Assembly (NCBI GenBank): GCA_964534925.1
Contig: CAZHQQ010000002.1
Span: 1-25,694 of the forward strand
Direction: 5' to 3'
Origin: an uncultured Candidatus Saccharibacteria bacterium
GTDB taxonomy: Bacteria > Patescibacteriota > Minisyncoccia > Minisyncoccales > CAZBVF01
Length of the DNA stretch: 25,694 nucleotides
Shown one piece after another: positions 1-5,276 of this stretch. Under the pieces are notes generated by a model, which was given only the letters and a program-made list of their open reading frames with translations, had not been told where the DNA came from and searched no databases. Positions within the stretch are counted from its first letter, which is position 1, and the number at the start of each line of letters is the position of its first letter. The position numbers and the translations under genes are program-made.

Positions 1-77
1 AATCTATGCAGGGTCAAACCCTGATTTGAATCTATGCAGGGTCAAACCCTGATTTAAATCTATGCAGGGTCAAACCC
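1..77. repeat. Tandem 28-bp repeat (REP-like family A), ~2.75 copies, probably continuing upstream of the window
   Basis: Unit AATCTATGCAGGGTCAAACCCTGATTT(G/A) starts at 1, 29 and 57. Each unit holds the palindrome CAGGGT-CAA-ACCCTG (third copy truncated). There are no variable spacers. Confidence 0.95.
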
Positions 78-91
78 CGCAATAAGTAATT

Positions 92-126
92 TATGATTGG
101 TTGACACCAGGTGTCAACCGATTTTA
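92..126. repeat. REP-like palindrome family B, copy 1
   Basis: TATGATTGGTTGACACC-A-GGTGTCAACCGATTTTA with a perfect 10+1+10 core at 99-119. The same 35-bp unit recurs at 1882 and 2828, and the core alone at 3103. Confidence 0.95.
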
Positions 127-154
127 AGTTTTGTTTGCAGAATAAATATTTTTT

Positions 155-220
155 TTATGTCTTACAACTCATTTCGTATGGCAATCTATGTTGTTCGTAT
201 AACTTATTTTATCGGATAAC
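155..220 (+). repeat. Left inverted repeat of Fic module (IR-L1)
   Basis: Matches the reverse complement of 1444-1510 at 56/67 aligned columns (one gap, hand alignment). Confidence 0.9.
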
Positions 221-225
221 ATAAC

Positions 226-254
226 TTGACAAGAATTGATATTCCGATTAATAT
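226..254 (+). promoter_or_regulatory. Sigma70-type promoter of fic
   Basis: TTGACA (226-231), 17 bp, TAATAT (249-254). Confidence 0.65.
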
Positions 255-296
255 ATAAAAACAGAACAGTTTTTGATAACCGTTCTGGTTGTTAAT

Positions 297-1433
297 ATGA
301 TGCGTTCAGGAAAACACATAAATCAATTAAAAGGAGAGTTGACATATAAGGCATTTATCCCAAATTATCTGCCCTTTAGTCTTAAAAAAAACCCGGAAAT
401 AGATATTTTGTTATCTGAGGCTAATTTAAACTTAGGTAGATTAGATGGTATTTCGGATATAGTTCCGGATATAGACTTTCTTACATTGATATTTGGGAGA
501 AAAGAAGCAACTTTTTCTAGTCAGGTGGAAGGAACTCAGGCAACATTTGCAGACGTCTTAAAGGCAGAGGCAAAAGTTGAAGACAAGGATATCCCTGCCG
601 ATGTAAGAGAAATTTTCAACCATATTAGTGTAATGAATTATGGAATAAAGGAGTTAAAAAAAATTCCCTTATCTCTAAGACTTATACAAGGAATACATAA
701 AAGACTACTCAAAGGTGTAAGGGGTCAAGAAAGACAACCTGGGCAATTTAGAAAAACTCAAAATTGGGTAGGTGGACCAACAATTCAAACAGCGGCTTAT
801 GTCCCTGCTCCACCTCAAGAGATCCTATCTTTATTGGGAAATTTAGAAAATTTCTTGCATGACAAAAAACCCATTCCTCCATTAATTAAAGCTGCTTTAA
901 TCCATGCTCAATTTGAAAACATCCATCCTTTTCTAGATGGTAATGGGAGAATTGGTCGTCTTCTTGTAGCTTTTTACCTTTGGCATCAGAAAGTATTAAA
1001 ACACCCTATACTTTATTTATCTGTGTATTTCAAAAAAAATCAAAAAGATTACTATTATTGGTTGAATAATTTCCATGAAAAAGATGATATTGAAGGATGG
1101 ATAAAATTTTTTTTAAGGGGGGTAATCACAACCGCTAAAGAAGAGTTTGAAACAGCTCAAAAAGTTTTAGATTTAAAAGAAAAAGATACTCAAAAAATTA
1201 CAGCCGAACTTACTCGTGTTAGTAAGAATGGCCTAGTTCTTCTTAAAAACCTCTATAAAAATCCTTTTGTTTCGTTGAAAAGTGTAGTTTTATTTACTGG
1301 ATTAAGTAAATCAAATGCTCACTATTTACTTAAAAGAGTAGAAAAAACTGGCATATTAAAAGCTTTGCCCTCTAAGCCATATAGAACAAAAACTTACATT
1401 TATAAAGAATACATGGATTTATTGAATGCCTAA
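297..1433 (+). CDS. fic: Fic family protein (class II / SoFic-like AMPylase with N-terminal Fic_N region and probable C-terminal HTH)
   Basis: Canonical HPFLDGNGRIGR motif and N-terminal autoinhibitory (S/T)xxxE(G/N) motif SSQVEG. ATG at 297 (or 300) is preferred over the TTG at 273. Confidence 0.93.
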   Translation: MMRSGKHINQLKGELTYKAFIPNYLPFSLKKNPEIDILLSEANLNLGRLDGISDIVPDIDFLTLIFGRKEATFSSQVEGTQATFADVLKAEAKVEDKDIPADVREIFNHISVMNYGIKELKKIPLSLRLIQGIHKRLLKGVRGQERQPGQFRKTQNWVGGPTIQTAAYVPAPPQEILSLLGNLENFLHDKKPIPPLIKAALIHAQFENIHPFLDGNGRIGRLLVAFYLWHQKVLKHPILYLSVYFKKNQKDYYYWLNNFHEKDDIEGWIKFFLRGVITTAKEEFETAQKVLDLKEKDTQKITAELTRVSKNGLVLLKNLYKNPFVSLKSVVLFTGLSKSNAHYLLKRVEKTGILKALPSKPYRTKTYIYKEYMDLLNA

Positions 1434-1443
1434 TAATTATCTT

Positions 1444-1510
1444 GCTATCCGATAAGATAAGTTATAAGAACAAACACAGATTGTCATACAAGATGCGTCA
1501 TAAGACATAA
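1444..1510 (-). repeat. Right inverted repeat of Fic module (IR-R1)
   Basis: Reverse complement TTATGTCTTATGACGCATCTTGTATGACAATCTGTGTTTGTTCTTATAACTTATCTTATCGGATAGC is ~84% identical to 155-220. It starts 10 bp after the fic stop. Confidence 0.9.
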
Positions 1511-1664
1511 AGAATTATCTTTTTAATAATTTTTAGGTTGAACAAGTTTTATAATTTTTATTTCTAATGTCATAAAAAATTCGTGACTAAAAAAATTAGT
1601 TTTTCGTCTATTTTTCTCCAATCAAAAATTCTAAGTACGTCCTACAAAAGGAGGAAGAATTGCT

Positions 1665-1817
1665 GTGGAATATAATAATTCAGATTTTTTAATTGAAAAC
1701 ATCTTTTGTAACGGAGGAGAAATAGGAAACCTACCGGAAGAATATGACATATCGGATGCATTGGGAGAAAATGGGACCATCGTCATAAACGGAATAATTA
1801 CACAATCACCAGAGTAA
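1665..1817 (+). CDS. Small acidic hypothetical protein, 50 aa (not in ORF track)
   Basis: AAGGAGG at 1648-1654, GTG at 1665, TAA at 1815-1817. Translation MEYNNSDFLIENIFCNGGEIGNLPEEYDISDALGENGTIVINGIITQSPE has 10 D/E and no K/R/H. Confidence 0.55.
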   Translation: MEYNNSDFLIENIFCNGGEIGNLPEEYDISDALGENGTIVINGIITQSPE

Positions 1818-1827
1818 AACAAAAAAA

Positions 1828-1877
1828 TTAAATCAGGGTCAAACCCTGATTTAAATCTATGCAGGGTCAAACCCTGT
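1828..1877. repeat. REP-like family A, two copies at 28-bp period
   Basis: TTAAATCAGGGT-CAA-ACCCTGATTTAA (perfect 12-bp arms, 1828-1854) followed by CAGGGTCAAACCCTG (1862-1876). 1834-1874 is identical to 37-77. Confidence 0.95.
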
Positions 1878-1881
1878 AACA

Positions 1882-1916
1882 TATGATCGGTTGACACCTG
1901 GTGTCAACCGATTTTA
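1882..1916. repeat. REP-like palindrome family B, copy 2
   Basis: ATCGGTTGACACC-T-GGTGTCAACCGAT, perfect 13+1+13 (1886-1912). Confidence 0.95.
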
Positions 1917-2040
1917 TAATTATCTAGCCTGCCCGGAGAACAAATTGAGAAGCAAAAATTTTTAATTTATTTCCCATATAATATTATTATATCAAAAAAA
2001 CCGTCTGATTGGCGATTTTAATTCATTCAGTTTGTATTAA

Positions 2041-2093
2041 ATGTCTCACAACACATCTTGTCTGTCGTTCAATCTATGACGTGAGTCGCGAAA
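2041..2093 (+). repeat. Left inverted repeat of nuclease/sRNA module (IR-L2)
   Basis: First 32 nt match the reverse complement of 2726-2775 at 30/32, then a 4-nt indel, then 12/13. Its outer part is homologous to IR-L1 and IR-R1. Confidence 0.92.
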
Positions 2094-2110
2094 TTATTCA
2101 TCTAAGCTAA

Positions 2111-2154
2111 TGTGGATAAACCCCCTTGACACGTTCTGGAGATAGGGTTAAATT
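2111..2154 (+). promoter_or_regulatory. DnaA-box consensus plus sigma70-type promoter
   Basis: TGTGGATAA (reverse complement of TTATCCACA) at 2111-2119; TTGACA (2126-2131), 17 bp, TAAATT (2149-2154). Confidence 0.6.
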
Positions 2155-2160
2155 AAAAGT

Positions 2161-2222
2161 GCACCTGTGAGAGCTATGGCTCTCCCGCGGTCAATACATA
2201 AACTGCAGACGGGTGTTTTTTT
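2161..2222 (+). ncRNA. Candidate ~60-nt three-way-junction small RNA ending in a U-tract, convergent on the downstream gene
   Basis: P1 GCACCUGU(2161-68)/ACGGGUGU(2209-16); P2 GAGAGC-UAUG-GCUCUC(2169-84); P3 GCGGU(2187-91)/ACUGC(2202-06). A T-run follows, and the element starts 6 nt after the -10 box. It is a GC-rich island in AT-rich DNA. Confidence 0.6.
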
Positions 2223-2699
2223 TTAATCTTCTTCTAAGTTTCCAGAGAAAAATATTTTTTTCCTAAGAGAATTTTTAGTTGTTTTCCAAGAAGGGTATAG
2301 ACTATAAAAAATTTTGTTTCCACCTTCTATTTCTTTGATAATTATTTTTAATCTCACCTCCTTTATAATTGCGATAAAAACGTAATAGCGAACTAACTTT
2401 GCTCTTTTTTCCCAACGAGAATTGATGTTTTGTCTCACTAGCATCTTTCGTTCATCGTATTCTTGTAGAGTATGTGACCTAGTGATAATATCGGGAACTA
2501 AAGATATAAGTCTCAACCTTGTATGTTGCTCTAGGCTAGATCTACCCCTATTCCACGTTTTAAATAATATATGATCAAAACCTTCATTATTAAAAAAAAC
2601 CTCGTCCTTTAAACACGGACACCAAACTTTTCCAATTTTTTCATATATTTCTTTAGCTTTTTTCTTTGTCTCTTCTAATTTCTTTTCATCAATTTGCAT
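2223..2699 (-). CDS. Hypothetical protein, probable RelE/BECR-fold (PBECR-like) nuclease/toxin
   Basis: 158-aa basic ORF with an extended -10 (TGCTAAATT, 2714-2706) 6 nt before the ATG. The pattern VWCPCL..VFFNNEGFDH...R...EQ..RL...YYVF.A...LKIII...G.KIFYSLYP resembles BECR-type RNases by eye. The CDS is likely real; the fold call is tentative. Confidence 0.6.
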   Translation of the reverse strand: MQIDEKKLEETKKKAKEIYEKIGKVWCPCLKDEVFFNNEGFDHILFKTWNRGRSSLEQHTRLRLISLVPDIITRSHTLQEYDERKMLVRQNINSRWEKRAKLVRYYVFIAIIKEVRLKIIIKEIEGGNKIFYSLYPSWKTTKNSLRKKIFFSGNLEED

Positions 2700-2725
2700 T
2701 ATTTTAATTTAGCATAAAAATTACC

Positions 2726-2775
2726 TTTCAGCGACTCATGTCATTGAACGACAGACAAGATGTGTTGCGAGACGT
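2726..2775 (-). repeat. Right inverted repeat of nuclease/sRNA module (IR-R2)
   Basis: Reverse complement ACGTCTCGCAACACATCTTGTCTGTCGTTCAATGACATGAGTCGCTGAAA versus 2041-2093, including a 25-nt perfect run. It overlaps the predicted -35 position of the ORF promoter. Confidence 0.92.
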
Positions 2776-2827
2776 AAAAGAAAAAGCCCCGATGGATTCC
2801 AACGAGGCATTAAGAACTCCTACTATA

Positions 2828-2862
2828 TATGATTGGTTGACACCTGGTGTCAACCAATTTTA
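2828..2862. repeat. REP-like palindrome family B, copy 3
   Basis: ATTGGTTGACACC-T-GGTGTCAACCAAT, perfect 13+1+13 (2832-2858). Confidence 0.95.
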
Positions 2863-2869
2863 TTTGGAC

Positions 2870-3015
2870 AAAAAAAAGAGCGGGCAGATAGTATACTTAT
2901 GTATGCTTTGACTTGCCCGCTTTTATCATGAGTAGATTAGACTTCTGTTGTTTGGTTAAAACATGAAAAATGAGAATATCCGTGGAGACGCTTGTTTGAC
3001 AGAAGTCTAATCTAC
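2870..3015 (-). other. Double-hairpin structured element (possible ncRNA with terminator)
   Basis: Perfect 17-bp inverted repeat GTAGATTAGACTTCTGT (2932-2948)/ACAGAAGTCTAATCTAC (2999-3015). A second stem AGCGGGCA (2879-86)/TGCCCGCT (2914-21) is followed on the minus strand by T8 (A-run 2870-2877). Confidence 0.5.
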
Positions 3016-3099
3016 GAAAGAACTATTATGTAATAACATTACATCTTTAACTTAGTACCTTTTAAAAGTTTGTCAAGGGCTGAGGAAAAACTAAAGGAG

Positions 3100-3124
3100 A
3101 TCGGTTGACACCTGGTGTCAACCG
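3100..3124. repeat. REP-like palindrome family B, core-only copy 4
   Basis: CGGTTGACACC-T-GGTGTCAACCG (3102-3124). Confidence 0.92.
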
Positions 3125-3160
3125 GGAAGATTAATCGGGGTTTAATTTTATATAGGTATA

Positions 3161-3190
3161 TAAAAAAAATGCGGAGAAAAATCTCCGCAT
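3161..3190 (-). terminator. Rho-independent terminator of the minus-strand three-gene operon
   Basis: ATGCGGAGA-AAAA-TCTCCGCAT (3169-3190), followed on the minus strand by a T-run (A-run ending at 3169). Confidence 0.8.
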
Positions 3191-3223
3191 ATTTATGTAA
3201 AAATATTTTTTTACTTTTTACAT

Positions 3224-3775
3224 TTAGGCTATCATAAATTCCAAATCCTTCCATCCATAGATTCTCTTCCCGCGAATACATTCCTTATTATAGGGAGTGT
3301 CAAAAATAATTGTTTGACATTTTTTTCTGAGACTCTCTATGATCTCAGAATTACTTTCAATAATAGTATTTACTTTTTCTCGTCCAACAATTTTAAGCTT
3401 GCTTTCACATGCATGCCCCCTATTAATATAGTAAATCCTATCAAATGGAAGCTTGTTTCTCTCAAGAGATTGAATGGTTAATCTGTTCAATAAACTCGGT
3501 CTCGTTGTCCAATAAATCAGTTTATGATTACGTTTACCATTCCTTAAAGTGTTAAGAATTTTTTTAGCGTCATTCCTTGCTTTTAAATTTTTTAGAAAAC
3601 TTCTATTTCTAAACGCTTCCTTTAACCACATTCCTCTTTCTGTGGATAAATAAAATTTGTTTCCAACATTAAAAGAATACCAATCTATTTCTCCATCAAA
3701 CTCTTCATGAAATTTTATTTCTAAAAATTTACGAGTTGAGAATATTACTTCATCTAGATCTACTGCAATTGTAAT
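3224..3775 (-). CDS. HAD-superfamily 5'(3')-deoxyribonucleotidase-like (NT5C-type) protein; true start probably ATT at 3775, upstream of the tracked ATG at 3631
   Basis: The frame is open from 3790 to 3224. Motif I IAVDLDEV lies upstream of the first ATG; motif II region YWTTR; C-terminal IFDTPYN...RIYGW is typical of the family. GAGGAGG (3790-3784) sits 8 nt before ATT 3775. Confidence 0.75.
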   Translation of the reverse strand: MTIAVDLDEVIFSTRKFLEIKFHEEFDGEIDWYSFNVGNKFYLSTERGMWLKEAFRNRSFLKNLKARNDAKKILNTLRNGKRNHKLIYWTTRPSLLNRLTIQSLERNKLPFDRIYYINRGHACESKLKIVGREKVNTIIESNSEIIESLRKKCQTIIFDTPYNKECIRGKRIYGWKDLEFMIA

Positions 3776-3815
3776 TTTAATCGCCTCCTCTTAATATTTA
3801 ATAAATTCAATAATT

Positions 3816-4199
3816 TTAGTATTTCAGTGTAAGCTGATCTGCTGATTTATCTTGTTCTATCTCCCATTCAAAAAGCATTTTCGGAATAGATTTTTTGTCC
3901 TGTTCATACAAAACATTTTCTACTACTTTTATTTTTTTACCTAAGACAAACACCATTCCTAAACAGAAAGTAAAACTTTCAGATTTTGGATCGCAAAATA
4001 TGTGAACCTCGTCACTCCATCCAATCCATGAACAGATTTGTTCGGATATGTCGTATAACTTGACATCTAAATTAATATCTTTTGCTAGTAAAAATACGGC
4101 ATTACCTTTTTTCTTTTGAAATTCCGCATATTTTTCCATCTTTTCCAACGATACAACTCTTCCGTCACCTATCGGTCCTAAGATACAAATTCTTTTCAT
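3816..4199 (-). CDS. Nucleoside 2-deoxyribosyltransferase-like (NDT fold) protein
   Basis: 127 aa with ICILGP strand, ...SDEVHIF... and FCLGMVFVLGKKIKVV helix/strand. AGGAGG SD at 4216-4211. Function uncertain. Confidence 0.55.
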   Translation of the reverse strand: MKRICILGPIGDGRVVSLEKMEKYAEFQKKKGNAVFLLAKDINLDVKLYDISEQICSWIGWSDEVHIFCDPKSESFTFCLGMVFVLGKKIKVVENVLYEQDKKSIPKMLFEWEIEQDKSADQLTLKY

Positions 4200-4336
4200 T
4201 CTTTTTTAGCCCTCCTTTCTAGAGCTCTCTTCTTCTCGATTGCATTGCACTTATCACAGTCACCATCTACTCTGTCACACACGCCCGCTGAAACCCTACA
4301 TAATTCCCATAGCCAACATTTTTTCTTTCTTTTCAT
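4196..4336 (-). CDS. Small Cys-rich hypothetical protein, 46 aa (not in ORF track)
   Basis: MKRKKKCWLWELCRVSAGVCDRVDGDCDKCNAIEKKRALERRAKKE has 5 Cys. Strong AAAGGAGGTGA SD upstream; its TGA overlaps the next ATG (ATGA coupling). The better-spaced ATG at 4340 is out of frame and gives 14 aa. Confidence 0.5.
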   Translation of the reverse strand: MKRKKKCWLWELCRVSAGVCDRVDGDCDKCNAIEKKRALERRAKKE

Positions 4337-4424
4337 TCATATCATCACCTCCTTTCATATTTTTTCTTCTATTAACTTTTCAAATAACTAAAAAAATAAT
4401 TAACTAATAATCATTTAATGTTTG

Positions 4425-4465
4425 TTTATACCACAAAAACACAAAGAATACAAGTCTTTGTGTTT
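4425..4465 (-). promoter_or_regulatory. Promoter of the small operon, overlapped by an 11-bp inverted repeat
   Basis: Minus strand TTGTAT (4453-48), 17 bp, TATAAA (4430-25) with TG extension. AAACACAAAGA (4437-47)/TCTTTGTGTTT (4455-65) brackets the -35. Confidence 0.55.
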
Positions 4466-4518
4466 CTATTAATATTAAGTACGTGCCCTTTGAAAAAAAA
4501 TAAAACAAGAAAAAGAAA

Positions 4519-5250
4519 TTAGAATCCGCTAAATTCTCTTATGAGAGAAATAGGAAGAACAACTAATTTCCCCTGTTCGTCTATTTCGCTTAGGCCAAGT
4601 ATTTTCCCCTGTATGTCAAATACAGAAGAACCAGAAGCAATTTCATTTTCAAATATATTAGTATGAATAAAATCTTCTTTAAAATATTTAATTATGCCTT
4701 CGTTTGTCATTTTGGAAATTTCTCCTTTCTCGTCGAAAATAGTTCCTACTAAAAATATTCTTTCTCCAATTTCTTTTTCTCCAATATTTCCAAAATCAAC
4801 AGCATTAAAATTTGTTTTTTCTAATTTTACTAGGGCAAGGTTATTTTTAATATCTCTTTTTTGAATTTCATAACTTTGCTTTTCTTCGCCGATAAAGAAA
4901 GAAAAATCAGAACCAACAGGAACTAATTCTGCTAATGTGATAATTAAACCATCTGAGGAAATAACAAAACCAGATCCTTCTATAACATTTTTATGAGAAT
5001 CAACAGTTCTAACAGCTATAATTGAAGATTCAACTCCTTTGATAGCTTCTTGTAGTGCAGTATTTTCTTGAATCGTGATTTCCTTTGTCTCTGTGATATG
5101 CACAGGAGCTTGTTCTAGTCCATATCGATAAAACAAAGGTTTCTCAACTAAATAGGGCCAGACTATCTGTTCTGAAAATATCCCACCAACCATTGCTATA
5201 ATAAAAACAGCCAGAATCTTTAAAATATTTTTTAACATAAGTATAAACAA
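4519..5250 (-). CDS. Membrane-anchored trypsin-like (S1C/HtrA-like) domain protein, catalytically degenerate, no PDZ
   Basis: N-terminal TM helix; GSGFVISSDGLIIT; triad positions read LAELV (His->Glu), NNLAL (Asp->Asn) and ASGSS (Ser kept). Confidence 0.75.
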   Translation of the reverse strand: MFILMLKNILKILAVFIIAMVGGIFSEQIVWPYLVEKPLFYRYGLEQAPVHITETKEITIQENTALQEAIKGVESSIIAVRTVDSHKNVIEGSGFVISSDGLIITLAELVPVGSDFSFFIGEEKQSYEIQKRDIKNNLALVKLEKTNFNAVDFGNIGEKEIGERIFLVGTIFDEKGEISKMTNEGIIKYFKEDFIHTNIFENEIASGSSVFDIQGKILGLSEIDEQGKLVVLPISLIREFSGF

Positions 5251-5276
5251 AAAAGAGTTATCCCCTTTTTAAATGA

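Noticed and set aside
1-126. CRISPR array
   Set aside because: The 28-bp units are directly adjacent with no unique spacers, the B palindromes are irregularly spaced hundreds of bp apart, and no cas genes are present.
1631-1897. 88-aa minus-strand ORF in the track
   Set aside because: It starts inside the REP palindromes and is the antisense shadow of the SD-led acidic ORF.
155-2775. Calling the modules insertion sequences
   Set aside because: No transposase ORF lies between the IRs and there is no consistent target-site duplication, so they are reported as IR-bounded modules only.
2932-3015. Integron attC site or Cas12a-type repeat
   Set aside because: The ATTAGAC/GTCTAAT boxes are in the wrong order and deviate from GTTRRRY/RYYYAAC, and no integrase is present. 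GTAGAT/ATCTAC resembles the Cas12a repeat only over 6 nt and is not iterated.
3039-3281. 80-aa minus-strand ORF in the track
   Set aside because: It overlaps the HAD gene end and runs through a terminator and a REP palindrome, with no recognisable motif.
3641-3649. DnaA box or origin of replication
   Set aside because: It lies within a CDS, and the three perfect boxes in the window are isolated, not clustered as at oriC.
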